Assembly: GCF_963921235.1 (NCBI RefSeq)
Contig: NC_086115.1
Location: 23,932,001 to 23,996,000 of the forward strand
Origin: Mobula hypostoma
Taxonomy: Eukaryota
DNA length: 64,000 nt
Reading direction: 5' to 3'
The position numbers were made by a program, and so were the translations under genes. The notes under the pieces are model-generated. The model did not search any database. It saw only the letters and a list, made by a program, of their open reading frames with translations, and had not been told where the DNA came from. Of this stretch, positions 38,330-50,535 are shown in pieces; the first letter of the stretch is position 1; each line of letters begins with the position of its first letter.

Positions 38330-39020
38330 AGCCTGCGCATAGAGCTGTAGGCCTCCTTATCTTAATATAACAGTGATCTAGTGTGTTGGGACCTCCGATG
38401 CTGCAGGTTATATGTTAATGATAATTGGGCAGGGGTTTCTTTAACCAAACCTGGTTGAAATCCCTGACTATGATTTGAAATGTGTCAGGATGGATTGTTT
38501 CTTATTCAGAGATGGCCTCATGCACAATTTCAAAGGCTTGATTATAGTTGGCCGCCAATGGAATTTAATCTGCAGTCAGAACAGAGAACTCCATTGATAA
38601 ATAGAATGGACGGCATCTGACTGTGTGGTGTACAAGGTCGGGGAACACAAGCTCAACAAAACCGCCACATCAGAGCACCCCCAAGAGTTTATCATGAAAC
38701 ACACTCCTCCACCTTTGCTTTTTTCCAAATCAGCAGTTCAGTCCATCCTGTGAATCGAGAAGCCTTCAGTATGATTGCCATTTCTGGCATACATAGAGTA
38801 AGCCATGTCTCATTCAAACACAGATCACAACACTCTCTCATTTCCCTCCGATACAACAATCTTGCCCTCAGGTCCTCAATTTTGTTCTCCAGCGACTGCA
38901 CAGTTGCGAACAAGATCCTGGGTAGAGGGAGCCTCATTCCTTTGTGTTTCATCCTGGCTTGGAGTCACACCCTCCTGCTTAGCTTCCAGACATGGCGATG
39001 AACCTTCATCCACTTAAAGA
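38330..39020 (-). mobile_element. Rex1/Babar LINE 5' part (APE endonuclease)
   Basis: LPRILFATVQSLENKIEDL..CCDLCLNETWL; downstream GDF-like and TLDH-like remnants. Confidence 0.8.
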
Positions 39021-39059
39021 TGCCGTACCTGCTTGGTCCACTGAGTCCTTCAGGCGATT

Positions 39060-39935
39060 GTGAAATCTGTAGCCCAGAAATGACAGATCATACACCTGCA
39101 TAAAATTATAAAGAAAGTATATTTACCAATTTTCAACTTTATCAAACAGCAACAGAGAAAGAAAAAAGAAAGATAAAGGGCACCATTACAGTTAAACCCG
39201 TCTAAATGAGCACATAAACATTGGAGCTCATTCCTGTAGTAGCTGGGTGTATCACTTTACTCCGGCACTGAATTCTCATCACCAACCATGGGTAGAGCTT
39301 CCCGTCCTGGAATCCTGTGCCTCGCAAAGCGCCCTTTGCAATCGAGTCTCCACATTGGGTGGGATCTTCCAGGCATCTTCCCTGGTGCTCTTCTCTCCAC
39401 ATCTCCTGCCAAAAGACCCCAAAGCAGACTACTGTCCTTCAGAAAACTCTTCCAACCCAGCTCTGAAGAATGTTCCATGTCATCCCACTCCCGATTGGCT
39501 GACACCACATTCCTATGTTGGACAACGTGGCTCCTTATCTTTAGCCAAAGCCAAAACATTCTTTCCATCAGGACAAACTGCTCATACAGAAAACTGCTAA
39601 AATAAAATACCTCACAGTATAGCAGTAGAATTCTTACCTAGAGCTTTACACTCTCCCGCCAGCAAAAATAGTCATGTCCTCGTGACTACGGAACTTATTA
39701 AACCATTATTAATAACTCAGCATTCAAATGAAATTTGAGATTTCAGGATATCTGATCCACTTGTAAATGACAGTAATGTATCTTACAGTATATATAGTGA
39801 ATTTAAGCTCCCAAAAGAGATCTTCTTTCAGCCACAACCCAGTGATATCCACATCTTTTCTGTCAATCCCTACTGTGCTACAGGATCATCCACCTAATTC
39901 CATATATTGTGAGCATTCAAATATAACATCATCCG
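39060..39935 (-). mobile_element. LTR retrotransposon 3' end: internal remnant, PPT and 3' LTR (to 39649)
   Basis: Minus strand ggcgggagag|TGTAAAGC = polypurine tract abutting a TG LTR start; LTR related to 16477-17033. Confidence 0.65.
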
Positions 39936-39949
39936 TCCTGTATTCAGGA

Positions 39950-40626
39950 GAGGAGAGGAGAAGATGGCGGCACGACGCAGCGCGCAGCGGCCACTCCGGT
40001 GAATGATATCTGTTATCTGTCAAGTAGGGTGCCGTGCACAATCCTGATTTGATGGAGACAGACGTGAGAGCACGGAGGAACATCTGGTGAAACTTCTGAA
40101 ATGCCTGTTTCGCTTCCGCTGCTACTGTGCAATCCAGAATCTCCAAAGGGGAAGGCCCCGAGTCCTCGGCTTTGCTTGTTGCTCAGCGACCGGGACGGGG
40201 TCAAAGCGTTCAGCAGAGATGGTGCTCGGTGCTCGGTGTCGGAGGGCTGGTCGGAGGCTCGAAGTTTTCGGACGGACTCAGAGTCAGCTGCGGTCGGGTG
40301 CTTCCAATGCATCGGCAAGTTTACGGCGGTTGGAGGTTCATGGCAGGGAGAGTTTCTCCTTCTACCGTCTGCATGAGATGATGGGGCTATCAGGACTTGA
40401 TACTTTTTTTACCGTGACCATAGTCTGCTCTTTATCAAATTACAGTATTGCTTTGCACTGTTGTAACTATATGTTTTAATTATGTGGTTTTGTCAGTTTT
40501 AGCCTTGGTTTGTCCTGTGTTTCTGTGATATCTTTCTGGAGGAACATTGTATCATATTTTAATGCATGCATTTCTAAATGACAATAAACGAGGACTGAGT
40601 GTCCTCATAATCTAATCTAATCTAAT
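39950..40626 (+). mobile_element. Young CpG-rich non-autonomous retroposon
   Basis: aagatggcggc head, CpG-rich body, aataaa and (ctaat)n tail. Confidence 0.7.
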
Positions 40627-40679
40627 CACCCTTTTCAATTTTGTCCCCAAGTTACACTTCAACTCATCCCACTGACGGA

Positions 40680-41095
40680 AATATTTGTCCTGTCATCTGC
40701 CTGTCCTTCCTCACTGTCTCGCCACACACTGCATCAACTTGGGTATCAATTGCCCCATTCTCAGGTCTATCACTCATTCCCAGCCCCCTGCCAACTTAAT
40801 TTAAACAGCCTCAACAGCTCTAGCAAACCTGCCCATAAGCATATTGACCCCTCCCCCCTCCGGTTCAGGTGTCACCCATCCTTTTTGGAGAGGTCATATC
40901 TTCCCCAGAAGAGATCCCAGTGACCCGGAATTCTGAAACCCTGCCCCCTGCACCACTCCCTCCGCCTCTCATTCATCTGTACCATCATCCTGTTCCTGCC
41001 CTGACGAGCACGTGGCACTGGGGGAAATCCAGAGATTACTACCTTGGAGGTCCTTCTCTTTAGCCTCCTCTCTGCCTCCCTACACTCACCGCGCA
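40680..41095 (-). mobile_element. CR1 ORF1 (SGNH esterase-like) fragment
   Basis: LKRRTSKVVISGFPPVPRA..RNRMMVQMN..REWCRGQGF..HWDLFWGRYDL..DG. Confidence 0.85.
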
Positions 41096-41664
41096 GGAGC
41101 TTCCCACTTTGGTGGGGCGGGGGGGGGGGGGAGGAAGTCTGGACCCAGAGGGTATTGTTTTTAAAGTAAAGGATCATCTTGGAACAGATAAGATTCAGAT
41201 TCTGATTTATTTGTCACCGGTACATCAAACATTCAGTGAAATGCACCATCGGTGTTAACGCCCGAGGATGTGCTGGCCCAGCCTGCACATGTCACCACAC
41301 ATTCCAGCGTCAATATAGCATACCCACAAGGTTCACCAGAACAACCCAGAGCAGGCCAAGCGACAAAGGAACATTCACAAAATAAGGCTCATTCCTCGCT
41401 CTCTCTCACTCACCCACCCTCATACACAGGCCTCTAACCCCATGACGTCTTCTTCAGCCTCTACCCTACTCGTGGATGTACGTTCGACTTCCCTAACAGA
41501 CTTGTAGAGGTTCGCAGGCTCAGGACTGAGGCCACTGGGCCTTGACTTCTGGACTCCCAATCGATCTTTGGGCTTTGCACTGAACTTTCAATCGATCTTT
41601 CAGCTTTGATCTTCAATATTGTTTCAGGACTCAGCAATGACAACAAACGAGGCACAAACACAAA

Positions 41665-41870
41665 ATAATCTGCGGATGCTGGGGTCAAAGCAACACTCAC
41701 AACACGCCGGAGGAACTCAGCAGGCCGGGCAGCATCCGTGGAAAAGATCAGTCGAAGCTTTGGGCCAAAACCCTTCGTCAGGACTGTAGGGTTCCAGCCC
41801 GAAACGTCGACTGATTTTTTCTACGGATGCTGCCTGACCTGCTGAGTTCCTCCAGCATGTTTTGAGTGAC
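41665..41870. repeat. Inverted pair of Penelope-type tails (young)
   Basis: cactcacaacacgccggaggaactcagcagg...atcagtcga mirrored by tcgactgat...cctgctgagttcctccagcatgttttgagtg; centre ~41785. Confidence 0.9.
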
Positions 41871-41974
41871 AACAAACAAGGACTGTGGATATTTTTTTGT
41901 CTCAGAGGGACAGACAACTTAGAAACTCTTTTCCTAGGATAAGTTGTGCAATTTCCTCTTCTGACGAACAAAAT

Positions 41975-42545
41975 GCACCCCCCTCTCTATCCCCCACTCT
42001 GACCTTTTGCCTCTTCTCACCTGCCTATCACTTCCCCTGAGGGCTCCTCCTCCTTCCCCTTCTCCCATTGTCCACTCTCCTCTCCTATCAGATTCTTTCC
42101 TCTCCAGCCCTTGACCTTTCCACCCTACCTGGTGAAACTCCTTCAATAATTCTAAAAGACTGAAGTAGGGTAAATACTGAAAGGCTTTTATTCGCAGTAA
42201 GACGTGACCTCCATGCTGAGCGTCTGCCCCTGGTCTGAGGGGGAGGAGCAGGGCGAAATCGCCTTTATTCAGGGGTCTGTGGGAGGAGCCACAGGGGCAG
42301 TCAGCAGAGGGGCGTGTCCAGACAGGTAACCCAGTTACAACATATATATATATGGTTTACCACATCTGGCTTCACCTATCACCTGCCAGCTCGCCTCTTT
42401 CCCCTCCCACAACTTTTAATTCAGGCATCTCCCCCCTTCCCTCTCAGTCCTGAACAAGGATCTCAGCCAGAAACGTCGACTGTTTACTCTTTTCCATAGA
42501 TGCGGCCTGGCCTGCTGAGTTCCTCCAGCATTTTGTGTGTGTTGT
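41975..42545 (+). mobile_element. Penelope-like pseudo-LTR/3' region with nested solo LTR (~42130-42364)
   Basis: C/T-rich body ending cagtcctgaacaaggatctcagccagaaacgtcgactg; insert tggtgaaac...gtttaccaca splits acc|tggcttcacc. Confidence 0.75.
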
Positions 42546-43019
42546 AATTTATAATCTACTTTATGTATCGCTCTGCCTTGCTGCCACAAAAACAACACAT
42601 TTCACGAGCTAGGTCAGTGATAATAAGCCTGATTCCGATTTTCTTTTTGATTGTATTGCATCAGATTTTTACCATCTTTGGCATACCCAATGGGAGAGAA
42701 AAATATATATATATATTTCCACAGATGCTTCCTCCAGCATTTTGTGTGTGTGTGTTGCTTGTAAAAATAATGGACACTGGTAACTAAATGATAAAGTGAT
42801 AAAGCACAGTAAAGGTAAAGCAGTGTCAAGGTAATGCTGGTAAATATTTAGCTGTAAGGTCAGTTTGAAGTGCTGCATTCTGAGCTGCTGTTTGTTATCT
42901 ACATGACCTGAAACAATGAATCTTAGCTTTTTCACCGCAGTGTTGCCAGTGCTGTTCAATGAAATCACACTCACTGGCCTTTATAAGTGTCCTACCTCCT
43001 TATAAAGTGCCTTTATAAG

Positions 43020-43592
43020 ACACTTGTCAGGCCGCATTTAAGAGTATTGTCAACAGTTTTGGACCCCATATCTCAGAAAGGATATGTTGTCATTGGAGAG
43101 AGTCCAGAGGAGGTTCATGAGGATGATTCTGGGAATGAAGGGGTTAACATATGAGGTGCGTTTGGCAGCTTTGGGCCTGTACTCACTGGAATTTAAAAGA
43201 ATGCAGGAGGGATCTCATAGAAACCTACCGAATGTTGAAGTGACTAGATAGGGTGGATGAGGAGAGGATGTTTCCTATGATGGGGGTATCCAAAACTAGC
43301 AGGCACAGCCTCAAAATTGAGGGTAACCCTTTAGAACAGAGGTAAGAAGGATTTTTTTTTAGCCAGAGAACAGTAAATCTGTGGAATTCTCTGCCACAGA
43401 CTGCAGTGGAGACCAAGTCCATGCGTATATTTAAGGCGGAAGTTGATTGTTTCCTGATGGGTCAGGGCATTAAAGGATACGGACAGAAGGCAGGTGTATG
43501 GGGTTGAGTGGGATCTGGGATCAGCCAAGATGGAATAGCAGAGCAGACTCAATGGGCTGAATGGCCTAATCCTGCTTTTATGTCTTATGGTC
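43020..43592 (+). mobile_element. CR1 LINE 3' end
   Basis: Same subfamily as 23980-24585; tail atgtcttatggtcttatgg. Confidence 0.9.
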
Positions 43593-45265
43593 TTATGGAT
43601 GTCATGGTCAAGAACCCAAGAAGGTTCCTTAGGGGCATACCCCTCCCAATCTACTAGATAGTGGCCAGACCAAAAGGCATCATAGTTGGCCAGAGGAGGC
43701 GTTGAGCGCTGCCTTAACTTCTCAGAGGCAAACCAGACTGTAAGCACCGTGCAGATCTATATTGGAGAATATGGTTGCTCCCCGGAGATGCTTGAACGCT
43801 AAGGAAAGCGGGTGAAGAGGGTAGCGGTTCTTCACCGTGATGTTGTTGAGGGACTAATCATTAATGCGGGGATGGAACCTGCCATCCTTCTTGCTCACAA
43901 AAAAGAACCCTGCTCCTGCTGGTGATAAATCCTAACGCCGATGCCTTCTTGATGTTTTATTCTATTGTCACCGTTTTAGGATGAGAGAGGGCAAAGAGCC
44001 GGCCCCAGGGATGACTAGAACCAGGTGAAATGTCAACTGTATGATTGTTGTTGAGGCAGCGAGGTGGTCTTCTTACTGAAAACAGCAAGACGGTCAACAT
44101 ATTCGGCTGGAATATCAGACATGTCCACACTAGCAGTTGGCACAAGACGGGATATGCTGACAGGGGTTTGAGCTGGACCCAGACAGGTAGACAGGCATGT
44201 CCGTCCCCACTCTTGCAGCACCTTTAGGAACCAATCGATCTCTTGGTTGTGTTGAGAAAGCCCGGGAAGGCCAAGCCCCAGTGTCAGTTCAGGTGAGTCA
44301 GCCAGGCAGAAGGAGAGCTGTTCCCTATGGCTGCCTTCTAGCACAGGTTGTAGGGGTACTGTGGAAAGGTGGGTTTTGTTGGTGCCCAGAGGCTGACCAT
44401 CCAGAACCTTGATATGGATATTCTCCCTCAAGTGCTGAGTGGGAACTTTCTATCTTTAAGCCAGTGAAATATCCATGAGCTTCCTGGCTGTCCTGAAGTC
44501 AGTAAGTGCCTAAAGCACATGGGTCTGGCGAGGAAGCTTGGAGCATTATGTGATTAGGAGAAGATGTTTGCAGGAAGGATCAACACATCAGAATTCCCCT
44601 TTCTGCTGATGGGCATCCTCTTTCACTGGGCTCTTGGGACATGGCGCCTGGAAGTACCCTGGAGCGCCACAGTAGAGGCGCAAACCTGTTATCCTACGCT
44701 GATCTCATTCCTCCTGAGGTAGGTGCATGCACCCCACCTGCATAGGCTCCTCTGTGGGCTGTGTACTGGGTGATGAGGGAGAAGGTGAAGACAGACGGCG
44801 GTCTAAAGAGTAGGAAGCTCAGGGCATTCACTCTCTCCATCACGTAGTTGGCAGGTTGTCTATTCAAATGGCCAGATTTATCAGGCCATCCAGGCTGTCC
44901 TATTCACCACACACTGCGATCTCATGCTGGACCCTGGCACTCAGCCCACTTTGGAAATCAGCAATGACGGTCTCTCATTCCATTCTGGCTCAAATGCGAG
45001 CACACAGAGCTTTACTGCATAGTCCTTCACTGTCCCTTTCCCTCCGGGAGATAGTGAGCAGCCTCCTGACCCCATACTGGAAGCTCAAATACTCTCTTGA
45101 ACTTGACTTCAAATTGCTGGAATGACTGGGCTGCAGGGGAACCCTGTTCCCATGGAAAGGCTGAGTGGGTTTCCGACCGAGAGATCCAGGGGGATCATCT
45201 AATAAGTAAATATGAGGTAAGAAAGAGCCACCACATCTGGGAGCTTGAGCCCAGAAATTCTTGTC
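43593..45265 (-). mobile_element. Ty3/Gypsy chromovirus (sushi-like) remnant, heavily deleted
   Basis: Minus strand in order: gag zinc knuckle GLRLYCGAPGYFQAPCP (~44635-44690), protease region VLDGQPLG..LGLGLPGLSQHNQEIDW, RT start [27 protein letters not shown] (~43800-43925), chromodomain YLVDWEGYAPKEPSWV (~43600-43665). Confidence 0.88.
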
Positions 45266-45380
45266 ACCACAGTTAAATAGTTAGTTTCATTATAACCATG
45301 GAAACAAAAGTTCTTCATTAAAATTGTCACACAAAAGCATGGAGAAATGAAAGTAGTTTCTTAGGCTGCAAATCTAAATA

Positions 45381-46050
45381 CAGTGGATTCCACTTAATTG
45401 GGCCATTGGTTAATCGGGGCAGTCACTTACTTGGGACAACTCTTAAAGAACAAAAACTAAAATAGCTGGGATTCTCTTTGTTTATTTGGGACACTATACC
45501 ACTGAATTGGGGCAGGAGATTGTTCAAAGAGCCGTGATTAGTGTTGCTGATAGTTAGCATGAAATAAGCAGTAAGTCTATTTTGCTCACTGCGGTTTCAA
45601 GCCTTCAGGCTTTGAGATACCAGAAACGGCAAGGAGTGAAAATGAAACAATTTCACTACTTCAACAAGACAGGAACTATGAAGAATTTCAAGGTATCAAT
45701 AGTCATCTTGAATATTAGAATAAAAGTGGAGACTTGGAGAATACAAAGCATTGTATGAAGGCGGAACATTATTGGCATTAGGTATCTGAGCAGATTTTGT
45801 TCATTCACAGTCAATCAAAAGAATGAATTTCTCCATCAGAAAGTATTAGGACAGTAGTTTCATAGTATTGTTGGTGTTCTAATCTGTTCCATATTTCACT
45901 TAAGCACAGAATTTGTTTCTCTGTTAAATAGTAAGTTGTTTTTTCATACATTTCTAACTATTTCCATGAAACTTAGACTTACTTGGGCAGCTGCCTATTG
46001 GGGTCAAAATGTATTGGTTCCAATGTGGCCCAGTTAACTGGAATCCACTG
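45381..46050. mobile_element. Tigger/pogo-like non-autonomous DNA transposon (670 bp)
   Basis: TA|cagtggattccacttaattgggcca ... tggcccagttaactggaatccactg|TA (25-bp TIR, TA TSD). Confidence 0.88.
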
Positions 46051-46829
46051 TATAACATTTTAAAGAGTTAGGGGGTTGAAAATATTTTCTGAGTCAATGG
46101 TTTATTCTTCAGAGAGACAGAAAAGTACATTTAAAGTTCTTATAAACTTTGATTACAGCTATTCCTCCTTCCGCCATCTGCCTTCATTTTGTTTGTGAAA
46201 TTTTTCCATTGTGGCCAATAGATCTTCGTTGTTCTTCACTTTAAAGGGAAAGATCTCATTATCAGGAAACTCTAAAATCACCAGGATGAACATTTCCATG
46301 GAAATGAACAGATACTAGGCTACAGGAATGGCTCACATTAACCAGGTTTAGATTAACCAGGAATAGTTCAGATTAACCATGCTGTGCTAGCGCTGAAATC
46401 CGTCAGGAGCCAACTTTACCCATCTCTTTCCATTGCAACTCCTACCCTTCAGTTCACTTTCTATCACTCCCCAACTTTAAACATCCAACTGGCAAGTTTT
46501 GGGTGTTGAAAATTTTGCCTTAAATGAATTCTGCAAACTCAGTTTTGCTTGTGTTTTTGCCATTTATTTTTTATCCATTTTTATCATACTAGATTTCCAG
46601 TTCCTGGCAACAGTGAGCTACACACCCAGGCCTTCCTTCCATTATGGCAAAACCCTTCATAATTTTATGACATATGCATTTTGCTTGGAAGAAAGCACAA
46701 GTGTTTGAAGGATTTATATATTTTGGAATTTTCTGATACAGGATATACTTTGGAAACCGATTTAATGTCTTCTCAATATCCCGTAGTGTCGAAATGACTA
46801 CTGTGCACCATAATGATTAGGACTTTGTA

Positions 46830-47562
46830 TTGATCGTTAGCTACGGAAGCTTTAGAGAGGGTGCAGAAGAGATTTACCAGGGATCTGCCTGGATAGGAGG
46901 ACATGTCTTATGAGGATCAGTTGAGCGAGCGAGGGCTTTTCTCCTTAGAGCGGAGGATGAGAGGTACAAGACTAGCAGCTAGCGTGATGCTATTACAGCT
47001 CAGGGCGTCGGAATTTGGAGTTTAGTCCCAGTGTCCTCTGTAAGGAGTCTTTGGACACGCTCCTCCTGGAATGGGTGGGTCTCTCTGGGTGCTCTGTTTC
47101 ACTCTCACAGTCCGAAGATGAACCGGATAGTAAACTGGTCATTGTAAATTGGGTTAATTTGGGGTAGTTGGGCCCTGCTGGCTCAATGGACTGGAAGGGC
47201 TATATCTCCAAATAAATAAAAGAGGCAAAGACCAAGTGGACAGCCAGGGACTCTTTCCCAGGATGGAAGTGGCTGATATCAGGAAGCATTATTATAAGGT
47301 GATTAGAAGAAAGTATAGGAGAATGCCAGAGTTAAGTTTTCTACACAGAGAGTGGTGGGTGTGTGGAATGCCCTGCCAGGGGTGGTGGTAGAGGCAAATA
47401 CATTAGGGACATTTAAGAGACTCTTAGATAGGCGCATGGATGATAGAAAAACAGAGGCTGTGTGGGAGGGAAGGGTTAGATTGATCTTAGAGCAGGTTAA
47501 AATGCGGTGCAACATTGTGGGCTGAAAGGCCTGTATTGTGCTATAATGTTCTATGTTCTATC
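46830..47562 (+). mobile_element. CR1 3' end interrupted by a V-SINE (~46970-47220)
   Basis: CR1 resumes at agaggcaaagacc after the SINE tail aaataaataaa. Confidence 0.8.
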
Positions 47563-47604
47563 TTTAGTATGTTCTAAACTTCAAGGATAAAATCACAAAT
47601 TTAT

Positions 47605-49810
47605 CAGGGGACCAATATCCTGGTGGGAAGGTTTGCTAAGGCTATTGGGGAGAGTTTAAACTAGGATTGCTGAGGGGTGGGAACCAAACTGAAGAGACGG
47701 AAGAACAGGCAGTTGGCTCACAAATAGAGAAACCTTGGAGACAGTGCGAGAGGGAGGATAGGCAGGTGATAGAGAAGGGACGCACTCAGACCAATCGTTT
47801 GAGATGTGTCTATTTTAATGCGAGGAGTATTATGAACAAAGGGGATGGGCTCAAAGCGTGGATCAGTATTGGAGCTATGATGTTGTGGCCATTACAGAGA
47901 CTTGGATGGCTCAGGGGCAGAAATGGTTACTTCGAGTGCTAGGTTTTAGATGTTTCAGAAAGGACAGGGAGGGAGGCAAAAGAGGTGGGGGCATGGCACT
48001 GCTGATCAGAGAGTGTCACAGCTGCAGAAAAGGAGTAAGACATGGAGGGATTGTCGACTGAGTCTCTGTGGGTGGAACAAGAAGGGGTCAATAACTCTAT
48101 CGGATGTTTTTTTATAGCCCACCCAATAGTAATAGGGACATTGAGGAGCAGATAGGGAGACAGATTCTGGAAAGGTGTAATAATAACAAGGTTGTTGTGG
48201 TGGGAGATCTTAATTTCCCAAATATCGATTGGCATCTCCCTAGAGTGAGGGGCTTAGATGGGGTAGAGTTTGTTAGGTGTGCTCAGGAAAGTTTCTTGAC
48301 ACAATATGTAGAAAAGCCTACAAGAGGAGAGGCTGTACTTGATCTGGTATTGGGAAATGAACCTGGTTAGGTGTCAGGTCTGTCAGTAGGAAAGCGTTTT
48401 GGAGATAGTGATTGCAATTCGATCTCCTTTAAAATAGCTTTGAAGAGGGATGGGAACAGACAAGTTAGGAGAGCGTTTAATTGGAGTAAGCGGAAATACG
48501 AGGCTATCAGGCAGGAACTTGGAAGCATAAATTGGAAACAGATGTTCTCAGGGAAATGTACGAAAGAAATGTGGCCAATATTGAGGGGATATTTGCGTGG
48601 GGTTCTGCATAGGTATCTTCAAATAAGACAGGGAAAGAATGGTAGGATACAGAAACCGTGGTGTACAAAGGCTGTTGTAAATCTAGTCAAGAAGAAAAGA
48701 AAAACTTACAAAAGGTTCAAAAGACCAGGTAATCATAGAGATGTAGAAGATTATAAGGCTAGCAGGAAGGAGCTTAAAATGAAATTAGGAGAGCCAGAAG
48801 GGGCCATGAGAAGGATTTGGCGGACAGGATTAAGGAAAACCCCAAGGCATTCTACAAGTACGTGAAGAGCAAGAAGGTAAGACATGAGAGAGTAGGACCA
48901 ATCAAGTGTGAGAGTGGAGAAGTGTGTATGGAACTGGAGGAGATAGTAGCGGTACTTAATGAATAATTCGCTTCAGTATTCACTATGGAAAAGGATCTTG
49001 GCGACTGTAGGGATGACTTACAGCAGACTGAAAAGCTTGAGCATGTAGATATTAAGGAAGAGGATGTGCTGGAGCTTTTGGATAAGTCACCGGGACCGGA
49101 CAAGATATACCCCAGGCTACAGTGGGAAGCAAGGGAGGAGATTGCTGAGCCTCTGGCAATGATCCTTGCATCATCAATGGGGACGGGAGAGGTTTTGGAG
49201 GATCAGAGGGATCTTGGGGTCCGAGTCCATAGGACACTCAAAGTTGCTGCGCTAGTTGACTCTGTGGTTAAGAAGGCATACGGTGCATTGGCCTTCACCA
49301 ACTGTGGGACTGAGTTTAGGAGCCGAGAGGTAATGTTGCAGCTATATAGGACCCTGGTCAGACCCCATTTGGAGTACTGTGCCCAGTTCTGGTCGCCTCA
49401 CTACAGGTAGGATGTGGAAACCATAGAAAAGATGCAGAGGAGATTTACAAGGATGTTGCCTGGAGGTAAGATGATGAGAGGCATTGATCGTGTGGATAGT
49501 CAGAGGTTTTTTCCCAGGGCTGAATTGGCTAGCACGAGAGGGCACAGTTTTAAGGTGCTTGAAAGTAGGTACAGAGGAGATGTCAGGGGTAAGTTTTTTT
49601 TAATGCAGAGAGTGGTGAGGGCGTGGAATGGGCTGCCGGCAATGGTGGTGGAGGTGGATATTATAGGATCTTTTAAAGGATTCCTGTACATGGAGCTCAG
49701 AAAAATAGAGGCCTATGGGTAACCCTGGGTGTTTTCTGAGGTAAGGACATGTTTGGCGCAGCTTTGTGGACCGAAGGGCCTCTATTGTGCTGTAGGTTTT
49801 CTAAGTTTCT
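47605..49810 (+). mobile_element. CR1 LINE: ORF1 end, ORF2 APE endonuclease, RT core deleted, 3' end intact
   Basis: LRCVYFNARSIMNK, YDVVAITETW, VVVGDLNFPNIDW, LDLVLGNEPG, KSPGPDKIYPR, then a direct jump to DQRDLGVRVH..LVRPHLEYCAQFWSP. Confidence 0.95.
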
Positions 49811-49974
49811 AATTTTATTACTTTGTTTTTGTTATCGTATTAATTAGCAAGAAACAAAGAGACAGATGAATCCAGGAAAGGTATTGAAGAGACTCCTTGC
49901 TTAGTGAAACTGTATCTTTAAATCCCTTCAATCTTCATAAAATTGAGACGGCTTCTAATCACAGTTATTCTCCT

Positions 49975-50535
49975 TTCCAGGTTGTAGTGCAGTCAGTAGA
50001 GCTGCTGTCTCACAACTCCAAGATTGGGTATAGTCCTCAGTTCTGGTGTTAACCGTATGGAATTGAGACAATCTTCCTGGGTTTGCAAGGGTTTCGTCTG
50101 GGTTCTACTATCCTTCCACATCCCAAAGACATGAAGGTCAGTAGGTTCATTAGTCAAAGTAAATTGCCCCCTGGTAATGGGACTGTGAGGATAGGATACG
50201 GAGAAGATGAGCAGGGGAATGGCACTGCTCTGACTGCTGGTATAGACTTGATTATACAAGGGGAATATTTACTTACTGACATCAGTCAGGTGTTCTTTAG
50301 GTGGCATAGAAGGTAGCGTAGCACTTCACAGTGCCAGAGTCCCAGGTTCAATTCCCACCACTGGCTGGAAGGAGCTTGCATGTTCTCCCCATGACCACAT
50401 GGGTTTTGTCCGGGTGCTCCGGTTTCCTCCCACATTCCAAAGACCTACGGGATTAGTAGGTGAATTGGTTACATGGGTGTGATTGAGCTCATTGGGCTGA
50501 AGGACCTGTTACTGTCCTGTCTCTAAATAAATAAA
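49975..50535 (+). mobile_element. Two tandem V-SINE copies (~49975-50250 old; ~50300-50535)
   Basis: B-box ggttcaattccc and V-domain gcatgttctccccatgaccacatgggttttgtccgggtgctccggtttcctcccacattccaaagac. Confidence 0.8.

Noticed and set aside
43593-45265. PEG10/RTL1-like domesticated gene
   Set aside because: Multiple stops, frameshifts and large deletions.
46158-46300. 46-codon minus-strand ORF (MEMFILVILEFPDNEIFPF...)
   Set aside because: Short, unrecognised and without convincing splice context.
50300-50360. tRNA-like A/B boxes here and at ~21945, ~30270 and ~46975 as extra tRNA genes
   Set aside because: No cloverleaf; they continue into SINE bodies.
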